Shown: positions 20,055-29,780 of the stretch, piece by piece
Layout of the letters: each line of letters starts with the position of its first letter
How positions within the stretch are numbered: position 1 is the stretch's first letter
Source of the DNA: an uncultured Candidatus Saccharibacteria bacterium
GTDB lineage: Bacteria > Patescibacteriota > Minisyncoccia > Phycocordibacterales > UBA5272
Direction of reading: 5' to 3'
Assembly (NCBI GenBank): GCA_964538815.1
Contig: CAZIHL010000002.1
Coordinates: forward strand, 570-64,569
Length of the DNA stretch: 64,000 nt
Notes under the pieces: model-generated
Seen by the model: the letters and a program-made list of their open reading frames with translations, nothing else
The model's database searches: none
What the model was told of the DNA's origin: nothing
Position numbers and translations under genes: made by a program

Positions 20055-21611
20055 TTAATTATTTATCTTTGGCCTATATTGCAAAGCTTCTAAAATGTGT
20101 GCTAGTTCTATATTTTCTTTTTCATCTAAATCAGCAATAGACTGTGCCACCCGCAATACTCTATGATAAGCACGTGGTGAGAGGGCAAGCTTTGTAGCAT
20201 ACATATCTAGTTCTTTTTTAATTTCCGGTGAAAGATTTAGATATTTTGTAATATCTTTTGAGGACATGTCACGGTTCATCTCAAGATTTTTATTTTCATT
20301 AAATCTTTCTTTCATCTTCTCTCTTGCTTTCAAAATTTTATTTTTATAAATCTCACTACTCTCACCACTTTTTTCTTTTGTTCCCAAATCACTATATGAG
20401 ATATTTGAAACATTGACCCAAATATCAATTCTGTCCATTATTGGCCCCGACAACTTTCTTTCATATCTTGCGATGTCGTGCGAAGTACAAATACATTTTT
20501 TGTCTTTGTTGCCTCTGTTGCCACAAGGGCATGGATTCATAGCCGCTATTAAAATAAATTTAGCTGGAAACTTTTCAGTCCCTTTGGCGCGTGAAATAGA
20601 AATCTGTCCTTCTTCAAGTGGCTCACGAAGTGCCTCAATACTTTTCTTTTCAAATTCTGGAAACTCATCTAGAAAAAGTATTCCGCCATGTGCCAGAGTA
20701 ATCTCTCCTGGTTTTAAATTGCTTCCACCACCAACAAGTGAAACATGACTTGATGTGTGATGTGGTGATCGGAATGGAGCTTCTAAAATTAAATTTTCAT
20801 TTTCTAAATTATTTAGTCCAGCAATAGAATGAATCTTTGTAATTTCTAAAATATTTTTATAGTCTAGATTTGGAAGGAGATTTCTGGATGCACGAGCAAG
20901 CATTGTTTTACCTGTGCCTGGTGGGCCATAAAGTGCGATATTGTGTCCGCCTGCCATAGCTATGAGAAGAGCTCTCTTTGCTGCAGTCTGCCCTTTTACA
21001 TCTTCTATACCAGTATTGTATTTCTTAGAAATATTTTTTAAAAGATTTTCAATATTTGTCTTTTTAGCTTTTTCTAAAATTTCTTTACCTGTTAAATGAT
21101 CAATTACTTCATTTAAATTTTTTATTGCATACACATTAATATTTTCTACAAGCGCAGCTTCTTCTACATTTTCTTTTGGTAAAAATAGATTTTTAATTTT
21201 ATTATTTTCACATAACTCTGCTATTGCGAGCGCTCCTTTTAATTTTGTAGTTTCACCTTTTAGTGATAATTCTCCTACAAAAAGTGAATCTTCTAATATT
21301 TCTTCTTTTACAGTTATTTCTTTATTTGCAATTAAGTATGATAAAGCAATTGCTAAATCAAAATTAGTTCCTTCTTTTTTAAGATCACCTGGCGCTAGAA
21401 AAATAGTAGTTTTTTGATTGACTTGTTTTGGATTTGAAAAGTCACTATTACGAAGTGCGGAGCAGACTCTGTCTTTACTTTCATCAATTGCTTTATCGCC
21501 AAGACCAATAAGTGAAAAAGAATTTATTCCTCTACCAATATCACATTCTACTTTTACTATTTTAGCTTTTAATCCTGAAACGAATGCAGATTTGATAGAT
21601 GTGAAATGCAT
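20055..21611 (-). CDS. comM: YifB/ComM Mg-chelatase-like AAA+ helicase
   Basis: GPPGTGKT, PFRSPHH, PGEITLAHGGILFLDE and AAMNPCPCG motifs. Confidence 0.92.
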   Translation of the reverse strand: MHFTSIKSAFVSGLKAKIVKVECDIGRGINSFSLIGLGDKAIDESKDRVCSALRNSDFSNPKQVNQKTTIFLAPGDLKKEGTNFDLAIALSYLIANKEITVKEEILEDSLFVGELSLKGETTKLKGALAIAELCENNKIKNLFLPKENVEEAALVENINVYAIKNLNEVIDHLTGKEILEKAKKTNIENLLKNISKKYNTGIEDVKGQTAAKRALLIAMAGGHNIALYGPPGTGKTMLARASRNLLPNLDYKNILEITKIHSIAGLNNLENENLILEAPFRSPHHTSSHVSLVGGGSNLKPGEITLAHGGILFLDEFPEFEKKSIEALREPLEEGQISISRAKGTEKFPAKFILIAAMNPCPCGNRGNKDKKCICTSHDIARYERKLSGPIMDRIDIWVNVSNISYSDLGTKEKSGESSEIYKNKILKAREKMKERFNENKNLEMNRDMSSKDITKYLNLSPEIKKELDMYATKLALSPRAYHRVLRVAQSIADLDEKENIELAHILEALQYRPKINN

Positions 21612-21615
21612 ATTT

Positions 21616-22425
21616 TTATTTAAGACTATTTATTGTCTCAAAATAATCTTTCAAAGTTGTGGTAAATACTACATATTTTTTACCAGAATAGCCATAAATT
21701 AAAGTTAAAACTCCAGCATTAGCCACTTCAAAATCTTGGTTTTTTAAAGTTTTACTTTCCCAAGATAAATCATTTTCTAAAATTGGTTTAGGTTTAGATA
21801 TAAATGAACTAAAAATTTGATTTTTAGTTTCAATATTATTGTCAGGTGAATCAAAATCATTTAAATTGTTTTTTTCTAAATAATTTAAATCTAATCCATT
21901 ATCTGTTTGTAAATAATCCACAATATCTTGTATTTTAAAAGCATAAAATAAATCGCTGTTTAAATCTTTTTTGTGAGCTAAAATATAAGCATAAAATAAA
22001 GTATAATTATCAATATTCAAATCGGAGTCTTTAATAGTTAAAATCACAATATTATTTTTCTGCGTAGCTTGAGAAATATAAGGCGATATACCTAGAGCAA
22101 GTTTTGGAAATATTTTTGATAAGTCATTTTGAAGACCATCATTGACTGGGATTTGTTGTATAATATTATTATTTAAATTATTTTCATTTTGTTTTATTTT
22201 CCATTTACTATAAAAATAATAAACTACCACACTTATACAGGCCAATATAAGTAATACAGATATAAAAGTTAAAATTTTTTTAGTTAAAGAACCGTCTTTT
22301 TTTTCAGTTACTAATATATTACTTGTATTGTACTTATCAACACCACCAGAAATAGGAGCTTCATCAAAAGCTCTATTTTCATTCACGTCGTCTTCAAAAG
22401 TATGAATAGTAGGAATATACGCCAT
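21616..22425 (-). CDS. Single-TM hypothetical protein
   Basis: 269-aa ORF with one TM helix, 4 nt upstream of comM. Confidence 0.6.
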   Translation of the reverse strand: MAYIPTIHTFEDDVNENRAFDEAPISGGVDKYNTSNILVTEKKDGSLTKKILTFISVLLILACISVVVYYFYSKWKIKQNENNLNNNIIQQIPVNDGLQNDLSKIFPKLALGISPYISQATQKNNIVILTIKDSDLNIDNYTLFYAYILAHKKDLNSDLFYAFKIQDIVDYLQTDNGLDLNYLEKNNLNDFDSPDNNIETKNQIFSSFISKPKPILENDLSWESKTLKNQDFEVANAGVLTLIYGYSGKKYVVFTTTLKDYFETINSLK

Positions 22426-22508
22426 AAGAAAAAGATTTTATATAAAAATTATATCATAAAAAGAAATTATGAAATTAAAAGGACAATATTTTAATATTGT
22501 CCTTTTAA

Positions 22509-23054
22509 TTATTTTTTATAGTTTGTTTTTTTATTTATACGCTTTACACCTTTATGAAAAATAATAAATTTTTCTGGATTTTCTGACATGTCTATAAAAT
22601 CTTCACACACATCACGAAGTCTAGAAGAAGTAGATCTGCCAAATGATATCACTTCTACTTGAGTAAAGTTTTTTAAATACTCTACAAGCGGTTCAAAGTC
22701 ACCATCTCCAGTAGCTAAAATAACAGTATCTACTTTTGTTGCTAATCTAATAGCATCAATAGCTAAACCTACATCCCAATCACCTTTTTTGTTTCCACCT
22801 AAAAATACTTGTAAATCTTTTGTTTTTGTTTCAATCCCTATTTTAGTTAATGCATCAAAAAAGTCTTTCTCGTCTCCTGCTTCTGTTTTTATAACATAAG
22901 CAATAGCTCGGATAAGTTTTCTACCAGATAATGCTGTGTCTAGGATATTTTTAAAATTTACTTTTGCATTATATAAATTTTTTGCACTATGATATAGATT
23001 TTGAGTATCTATAAATAAAGCAACTCTTTGCTCTTTATGTTTAATAATTGACAT
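22509..23054 (-). CDS. NYN-domain (LabA/DUF88, PIN-like) putative RNase
   Basis: FIDTQNL, KGDWDVGLAID and ATGDGDF acidic motifs. Confidence 0.9.
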   Translation of the reverse strand: MSIIKHKEQRVALFIDTQNLYHSAKNLYNAKVNFKNILDTALSGRKLIRAIAYVIKTEAGDEKDFFDALTKIGIETKTKDLQVFLGGNKKGDWDVGLAIDAIRLATKVDTVILATGDGDFEPLVEYLKNFTQVEVISFGRSTSSRLRDVCEDFIDMSENPEKFIIFHKGVKRINKKTNYKK

Positions 23055-23086
23055 ATATTTGTTATATAAAAATTTATTTAGTTATA

Positions 23087-23174
23087 GAATTTTTCAGAAA
23101 ACAATCTATGATGCTTCGGCGTAGACCCCCTTTGGGGTAAAGACGAACTGAAGAAATTGGTTTCTGAAAAATCC
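23087..23174 (-). promoter_or_regulatory. Long rod-like hairpin in the predicted 5' leader of the NYN gene
   Basis: About 19-bp closing stem (tttttcagaaa/tttctgaaaaa) with GC-rich inner pairings; TGa-TATAAT on the minus strand at 23209-23217. Confidence 0.55.
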
Positions 23175-23258
23175 TGAATGTTTTTAATATTAAAATTTAA
23201 ACCTATTTAATTATATCAAGATAATAAAAATATCTTCATTATAATGAAGATATTTTTA

Positions 23259-23525
23259 TTATGCACGGAGCCCTAGTGTTTTTGACACTTTCTTTAAAGA
23301 TGTCGGTTTATTTTTTTCTAAGTATTTTATATGTTTTCTTCTATCGGCAACCATTTGGATTAGACCTCTTCTTGAATGGTTATCTTTTTTATGTATTTTA
23401 AGATGAGAAGTAACCTCTTCAATTCTTCTTGTTAAAAGAGCAATCTGCGATTCAGCAGATCCTGTATCAGTACCATGAAGTTGAACTTCTTTTATAGCAT
23501 TAGCCTTTTTTCTTTTTGTAAGCAT
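23259..23525 (-). CDS. rpsO: 30S ribosomal protein uS15
   Basis: DTGSAESQIALLT and HKKDNHSRRGL motifs. Confidence 0.97.
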   Translation of the reverse strand: MLTKRKKANAIKEVQLHGTDTGSAESQIALLTRRIEEVTSHLKIHKKDNHSRRGLIQMVADRRKHIKYLEKNKPTSLKKVSKTLGLRA

Positions 23526-23631
23526 ATTTATAATTAATTATCTTGACTTAAATAAGTTTTTATATCATATCACACTTTACAAAAAAATGCAAGTCTTAAA
23601 TACTTTAATTTTAGTATGTTAAAATTAATCT

Positions 23632-24654
23632 ATGTCGCACAATATTTCAGCTAAAGAATTAGAAAATCTTAAATTTTCCTTTTTGGAATATGTAGAAATA
23701 GAAAAAGGAAGGTCTCTTTTGACTGTCCGTAATTATGATCACTATATAAATAGATTCATAAAATTCTTAAAAGACAATAAATATACAAATATTGATGATA
23801 GAGTTATGCGCGAATATAGACTTTTTCTTAACCGCCTCCCTTCTAAAGTAAATAAATCTTCTAAAAATAAGTTAGCAGAAACACTTGATAAAAAAACTCA
23901 AAATTATCACTTGATAGCACTAAGAGCTTTCTTTAAATATTGTAGAAAAAAGGGATTTTTATTATATGACCCAGAAAAAATAGAACTTGCAAAGACAATA
24001 CAAAGAGAATTGGATTTAATTACAGAAAAGGATTTGGAAAATTTATTAAATGCTCCAGAAGAATGGTATAAATCACACTTAAAAAAAGAGACTAAAAATA
24101 AAAACTCCGAGCAAGATAAAAAAACAAAATATTTAGTAATGTTAAGAGATAAGACAATACTAGAAACTTTTTTCTCAACAGGATTGCGTGTATCTGAATT
24201 ATGTTCTCTAGATAGAGACGAAGACTTATCAAGTGGTGAGGTGTCAGTACGAGGAAAAGGAGGGAAAATTAGAGTAGTTTTCTTTTCAGATTTTGCAATA
24301 GAGAGCATTAAAAATTATTTAAAAGAAAGAATAGATGTAGATGACGCTATGTTTATTGATTTATCTTTTAGAGGTAAAGGCAGAATCCAAAATGGAGAAG
24401 ATATGAGATTAACTTCAAGAAGTGTTGAAAGAATTATTAAAAAGTATGCTGAGTTTGTAGGTATTTCAAAAAAGTGCACACCACATGTTCTACGTCACTC
24501 TTTTGCTACAGACCTATTAAAAAATGGAGCAGATTTGAGAACAGTACAAATGATGCTTGGTCACGCTAGCATTTCCACAACTCAGATCTATACCAATGTT
24601 ACAAATAAATTTTTAAAAGATCAGTTTGCAAAATATCATTCAAGGAGGAAGTAG
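23632..24654 (+). CDS. XerC/XerD-family tyrosine recombinase
   Basis: TGLRVSEL, GKGGKIR, PHVLRHSFAT and LGHASISTTQIY; full catalytic set present. Confidence 0.92.
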   Translation: MSHNISAKELENLKFSFLEYVEIEKGRSLLTVRNYDHYINRFIKFLKDNKYTNIDDRVMREYRLFLNRLPSKVNKSSKNKLAETLDKKTQNYHLIALRAFFKYCRKKGFLLYDPEKIELAKTIQRELDLITEKDLENLLNAPEEWYKSHLKKETKNKNSEQDKKTKYLVMLRDKTILETFFSTGLRVSELCSLDRDEDLSSGEVSVRGKGGKIRVVFFSDFAIESIKNYLKERIDVDDAMFIDLSFRGKGRIQNGEDMRLTSRSVERIIKKYAEFVGISKKCTPHVLRHSFATDLLKNGADLRTVQMMLGHASISTTQIYTNVTNKFLKDQFAKYHSRRK

Positions 24655-24728
24655 GTTTTGAATTATATAAAAATTTTTAGTTATTTTTATCTAACCACAT
24701 ATTTTTGTTTCTATGTTAAAATATTTTT

Positions 24729-25502
24729 ATGAAGATAATAACTTGGAATGTGAATGGTTTGCGGGCAATTGAGAAAAAAGGAGAATTTGATAATTTGATT
24801 AAACAATTTTCTCCAGATATTGTTTGCTTACAAGAAACAAAATCGGAAATTCATCAACTGAAAGATAATACAAGAGATAAAGAGGGATATTTTTCATTTT
24901 TTGAATCAGCAAAAAATAGAAAGGGATATTCTGGCGTTGCTATCTATACTAAAGTAAACCCAAAAAAAGTGACCTCCACAATGGGGTATAAAGAAAAAGA
25001 TTTTTTAGATAATGAAGGTAGAACATTGATTGCGGAGTATGAAGGTGTTTACTTAATAAATTGTTATTGGCCTAATGGCGGTAAAAGTAAAGAACATTTT
25101 CAATATAAGTTAGAATATTATAAAAGATTTTTAAAATTGGCTAAAAATTTAGAAAAGAAAAAACCGATCATATTTTGTGGAGATGTAAATGCAACAGTAG
25201 AAGATATTGATTTAGCAAGACCAAAAGAAAATGCTGATAAATTGGGCTGCACAAAAGAAGAAAGAGATTTATTAAAAGAGTGGAAAAAATATTTTATAGA
25301 TGTTTGGAGAGAAAAAAATCCAAAAAAAGCAGAGTATACTTGGTGGGATATGAAAACTAGAGCAAGAGAAAGAAATATTGGTTGGAGAATTGATTATTTT
25401 TTTATTTCAAAATCTTTAGAAAAAAAAGTAAAAAAAATAGAAATTTTAAATGATATTTATGGATCAGATCATTGTCCAGTAATTATGGATATACAATTTT
25501 AA
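24729..25502 (+). CDS. xth: Exodeoxyribonuclease III (Xth/ExoA AP endonuclease)
   Basis: WNVNGLRA, LQETK, GDVN, WRIDY and SDHCP motifs. Confidence 0.95.
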   Translation: MKIITWNVNGLRAIEKKGEFDNLIKQFSPDIVCLQETKSEIHQLKDNTRDKEGYFSFFESAKNRKGYSGVAIYTKVNPKKVTSTMGYKEKDFLDNEGRTLIAEYEGVYLINCYWPNGGKSKEHFQYKLEYYKRFLKLAKNLEKKKPIIFCGDVNATVEDIDLARPKENADKLGCTKEERDLLKEWKKYFIDVWREKNPKKAEYTWWDMKTRARERNIGWRIDYFFISKSLEKKVKKIEILNDIYGSDHCPVIMDIQF

Positions 25503-25552
25503 TAAATAAAAAGACATCTTTGATGTCTTTTTATTTATTAAAATAAGTATAT

Positions 25553-26677
25553 TTACTTTAGCATTATATTAGGAGGAGTATTATTATTCCCAATTACGGT
25601 AAAAGGTTCAGACATGGGTACTGCAAAAAATTGTATATCACAATACCAACCATTACAAGTTGGTGAAGGACTGGGTGTGCCCCCACCACCACCAATACCT
25701 CCACTAATACCTCCACCTTCGTCCAACTCATCTATATACATCATAAGAGCTTGAGCAGATTTTATACCAAAGATATTTAATATAGATGAATATAATTTTG
25801 AATTTTTATTATTATCATTATTATACCCATAAGATGAATTATTCCAAAGTCCTGTATTTGGGTTTCTAAAAGGGGTATTTGATGTAAAAGAAGGATTTAT
25901 AGTTAATTGTGCTACATAGTTACCAAATTCTGCATTTTGAGGAACAGTAAAATAATTTGGAGCATTGAGAGTACCAAAAATATAAGTGTTATCTTGTATA
26001 GGCCTATTATTTGTTGTTGTTATGTAAGAGTTCGGTGTAAATATTTCTACATTGCGGCCATTATCTGCTGGATCCACAGTAATATTATAGGATAGAACAT
26101 TATCTAAGTGATAGGTGTATGTTTCAAATTCTGGATTATAATCACATCTTTGATTGTTAGAATTATAATAATTACCATCAGATTGTATAACACAATAAGT
26201 ATTATAAGAAGCTTTCAATTCTCCATTAAGTATACGTATATTCTTAATAGAATTTGGGACAATAGAAAATCCGCTAAAATCAATGCTCGGTATAGTGAAT
26301 AATTTATTATTCTTATAATAAATCCCATTATCTTTAGTATTATAATATAAATTAGTACTAGGTGTATTTACAGTATTTAAGGTTAAATAAGTTGAAAGAT
26401 TTGGTTTTCCAGATTCAAATATTTCTCTCATATAAATAGGTCTATCAATACTAGATCCATTGGAACAAGTAATATGTCCCGTAGAATAAATTTTAGTAAT
26501 GTAAATTTTTTCATTTGGAGCATAAGATTCTTTATCTAAATGTAGCTCTACTTGTATTGATAAAGTATGAGTTTTATTAGTATTTGTAAAAACCACCACT
26601 CTGGTATCGGCATTTGCTATTTTCACACTAAAAATTATTATAAAAAAAGGTAGTATTTTTAAAAGTGTTTTTTTCAT
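25553..26677 (-). CDS. Secreted N/T/S-rich hypothetical protein
   Basis: Start reassigned to MKKTLLK (signal peptide); Gly/Pro linker near the C-terminus. Confidence 0.6.
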   Translation of the reverse strand: MKKTLLKILPFFIIIFSVKIANADTRVVVFTNTNKTHTLSIQVELHLDKESYAPNEKIYITKIYSTGHITCSNGSSIDRPIYMREIFESGKPNLSTYLTLNTVNTPSTNLYYNTKDNGIYYKNNKLFTIPSIDFSGFSIVPNSIKNIRILNGELKASYNTYCVIQSDGNYYNSNNQRCDYNPEFETYTYHLDNVLSYNITVDPADNGRNVEIFTPNSYITTTNNRPIQDNTYIFGTLNAPNYFTVPQNAEFGNYVAQLTINPSFTSNTPFRNPNTGLWNNSSYGYNNDNNKNSKLYSSILNIFGIKSAQALMMYIDELDEGGGISGGIGGGGGTPSPSPTCNGWYCDIQFFAVPMSEPFTVIGNNNTPPNIMLK

Positions 26678-26681
26678 ACAA

Positions 26682-28004
26682 TTAAATATTTTTATCTTTT
26701 TTTCTAAAAACCAAAATACCATAACCAATAAGTACTAATATTATTACAAATAAAACTATATAGAATTTATTTATATTCATATTGCCAATTTTTGCTTTAG
26801 GTATATTTGGATTTATATTTACCTTATCTACACGACTATTTAAATCAATAGTTTGATTAGCTAAAATATTTCCTTGGCTATCTACAATATTTATCGAAGC
26901 TATAGCATTATTACAATCTTTGTTTATTGCCACACTAGCAATAGTAGAATTTAAATCATAACCTTTAGTTAGTTTTTTTGATGATTTTCCACAGATTTCT
27001 CCAAAACTATCAGTAACTTTTGTATTTAAAACATAATTATCTCCTGTTCCGCCATGTCTTGAAAATGGAAAAGAGTCAGCAGAAGGTGTCCAAAATACTT
27101 CTACAAAAGCAGTTTCTCCTAGTTTATAATTATTTTTATCTAAAAATGTATTTTGAATAGTTGCAGAATTACCACTTATAACATAATGTATATAAATTGA
27201 AGGAGAAATTTTCTCCCCTTTTTCATTTATAAAGAAAGTATCTATATCATAAGCCTGAGGGTTTGATAAAGAAGGAATTTTAAAAGTAATGTTATCTGTA
27301 GTATTACCTTTAATGGAGAATTTTTGATCTAAAATTTTATTATCTAATATATCACCATATTGATCACGATTATGAGTAATAAGTTGTAATTTTAAATCTG
27401 AATTTCCTAAAATAGCATTATTTGTTATTTCGCAAGTAGCATATAGTTCTTCATTCGAGAAAATATCTATACCTTGATTGATATTGTATTTAGTTGAAGT
27501 AGCATCTGTAGGTATTGTTAAATAACAATTATTTATGTTTATTCCATTTGCATCATTGTCTATAGTTATTAATTTTTCTGGAAAACCTATAGGTGAACTT
27601 GATAAACGTATACCAGAAGCATTTTGAGAAACTATATTTATTTTATACACACCATTAGGTATATAAGAAGGTATAGTGTAAGTTGTATTTATGGTTTTAG
27701 ACTCACCTTCACCCAATGTTATAGCTTCATTAGATAAATCCATATCAACTACTTCGCCAGTAGATTTTTTTATTAATTGTACACCATACCTAATATCAGG
27801 CTGTATGCCAGTTTTATTTTTAAGTCTAAAAGAAATATTGTATGTATTGTTATTTATTTTTGTATTCGTTGCGTCATATATATTTACTGTAGCTACAAGC
27901 ATAGTTTTTACTATTTGTGGCTCAGTAGATTGTGCAAAAGATATATTTGTCCATATAGCAAAAGCTAAAAGTGAAAAAATAAATCCAGTTAATAATTTTT
28001 TCAT
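26682..28004 (-). CDS. Surface protein with signal peptide, beta-rich domains and a C-terminal TM anchor
   Basis: N-terminal signal; C-terminal hydrophobic helix followed by RKK. Confidence 0.65.
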   Translation of the reverse strand: MKKLLTGFIFSLLAFAIWTNISFAQSTEPQIVKTMLVATVNIYDATNTKINNNTYNISFRLKNKTGIQPDIRYGVQLIKKSTGEVVDMDLSNEAITLGEGESKTINTTYTIPSYIPNGVYKINIVSQNASGIRLSSSPIGFPEKLITIDNDANGININNCYLTIPTDATSTKYNINQGIDIFSNEELYATCEITNNAILGNSDLKLQLITHNRDQYGDILDNKILDQKFSIKGNTTDNITFKIPSLSNPQAYDIDTFFINEKGEKISPSIYIHYVISGNSATIQNTFLDKNNYKLGETAFVEVFWTPSADSFPFSRHGGTGDNYVLNTKVTDSFGEICGKSSKKLTKGYDLNSTIASVAINKDCNNAIASINIVDSQGNILANQTIDLNSRVDKVNINPNIPKAKIGNMNINKFYIVLFVIILVLIGYGILVFRKKDKNI

Positions 28005-28160
28005 AATATATTAATAAGGTTAAGATTTATAATAAATAATAAATGAATATAAAAACTTCATCTATAATAAAATTATATCAATAAAATAAATTTTATTTTT
28101 TATTTATGCACATAAAATAGAATATCTCACATTTTTATATAATGTGAGATATAAATATTT

Positions 28161-28412
28161 TTATAAATTTCTCTCTGATTCTTCGTCATCATCATCTAAA
28201 ATATTTTTATTATTAAAATATTTTAGATTTTCTTTTTGGGCTTTATTTAAAGTCTTAGTTTCAGAGGAGGAAGTTATTATGGTATCTATATTTAATAATT
28301 TTTGATTATTTTGTTGTCCACTTCCTAAAAATATTGTAGATGCAAGTGTCACACCAGAAACCCCTAAAAGAATATTCTTTTGTAATCTTTCTAATTTATA
28401 TTTTCTTGTCAT
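28161..28412 (-). CDS. Small hypothetical protein with N-terminal hydrophobic segment
   Basis: 83 aa; followed by a palindromic terminator near 28122-28152. Confidence 0.45.
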   Translation of the reverse strand: MTRKYKLERLQKNILLGVSGVTLASTIFLGSGQQNNQKLLNIDTIITSSSETKTLNKAQKENLKYFNNKNILDDDDEESERNL

Positions 28413-28632
28413 AATTAAATGTTTTTGAGTTATTTGTTAATAATTGATAATTTTTTAAATATTATTTAATTTTATAAGTTTATTTTATCGTTCAACCTTT
28501 TAAATCTATAAATATCAAATTTTTACTCTTTTTGTATATAAACTTATACAATATATTTTATAAAATATTACAAAAAAGCTAGGTTTTTCTCTTAATTTTT
28601 TCTTAATATTGTCTTAACAATCTAAAAACCTT

Positions 28633-29727
28633 TTATTTTAAAGCTAAAATACCAGGAAGTTTTCCATCTTTTACTAAAAATTCAAGCATTGATCCTCCAC
28701 TTGTAGAAATATGCATATTGACACTTTCTTTCATTTTTGTTTTTTTTACTAATACTAGAGTATCTCCTCCACCAATTAATATGTTTACTTTAACTTTTTT
28801 TAATTCTTTCAAGATTGCAAGAGTTCCAGCATTAAATCCTTTTTCATATATTCCAAGTGGACCATTCATTATGATATTTTTAGTTTTTGATAGTTGATTT
28901 TTTAATATGGAAAAAGTTGCTGGACCAATATCGCATATATAATCTTCATTTTTAAGCTCCTCTAAAAGTTTTATTTTATTATCTTTTAAGATAGCGTCAA
29001 TCGGTAAGATAATATTTTTATTTTTAATTTCTTTTAAAAATAATTTCTTAAAAGCCGGAGTTATTATAAAATCCTTTTCTATAAATGATTTACCAATTTC
29101 TATATTTAAAACATCTTTTAAAATTTGATTTGCAATTCCTCCACTCACAAATACTTTAGCTTTTAAATCTAAAAACTTTTTAATTAATGGAAGCTTTGTA
29201 GAGATTTTTGCTCCAGACAAGATTAATAAAGTATTATTTTTTGCATTCTTTGCAAGTTTTAAAGATTTTTCTATTTTTTTAATTTCTTGTTTAGAGTATT
29301 CTCCAAGCTTTATATTTTTTCCTTGTTTTTTAAATAATTTTGGTATTCCAACTATTGAAGCGTTGTCTCTATGCATTACTGAGAAAGCGTCATCTATATA
29401 TTCATCTCCCAAATTTGCAAAATCTTTTGCTGTCTCATTCCATTCTTTACTCCCCGCTTTTGCTGTCTCCCCTTTTATCCACCTAGTATTTTTTTCTATT
29501 ATGAGATTTTTATTTTCTTCTTTTGAAAGCTTTTTTCTTAAATATTTTTCAATAGGTTCTAAGGTGTCAGTTTTTTCGCCCTTTCCGAGATGTGAAAGTA
29601 TTACAACATTATTTTTCTTTAAAAGTTTTTGCAAACTTGGGACTATCACATCTATTCTGCTAGTATCTATTATTTTTCCATTCGCAATTGGCACATTTAA
29701 ATCAAGTCTTAAAATTATTTTTTTCAT
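28633..29727 (-). CDS. pgk: Phosphoglycerate kinase (divergent)
   Basis: RLDLNVP, SHLG, DAF..HR, GAK, DIGP, NGPLG.YE and GGGDT motifs. Confidence 0.88.
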   Translation of the reverse strand: MKKIILRLDLNVPIANGKIIDTSRIDVIVPSLQKLLKKNNVVILSHLGKGEKTDTLEPIEKYLRKKLSKEENKNLIIEKNTRWIKGETAKAGSKEWNETAKDFANLGDEYIDDAFSVMHRDNASIVGIPKLFKKQGKNIKLGEYSKQEIKKIEKSLKLAKNAKNNTLLILSGAKISTKLPLIKKFLDLKAKVFVSGGIANQILKDVLNIEIGKSFIEKDFIITPAFKKLFLKEIKNKNIILPIDAILKDNKIKLLEELKNEDYICDIGPATFSILKNQLSKTKNIIMNGPLGIYEKGFNAGTLAILKELKKVKVNILIGGGDTLVLVKKTKMKESVNMHISTSGGSMLEFLVKDGKLPGILALK

Positions 29728-29780
29728 ATTTAAGTATTATAACAAATATGAATTGTTGGGAGGAATTGTTTTTTACTTTA

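Noticed and set aside
23632-24654. Tyrosine recombinase as the integrase of a prophage or island
   Set aside because: Xer-like sequence in housekeeping context (rpsO, xth); no att repeats or phage genes nearby.
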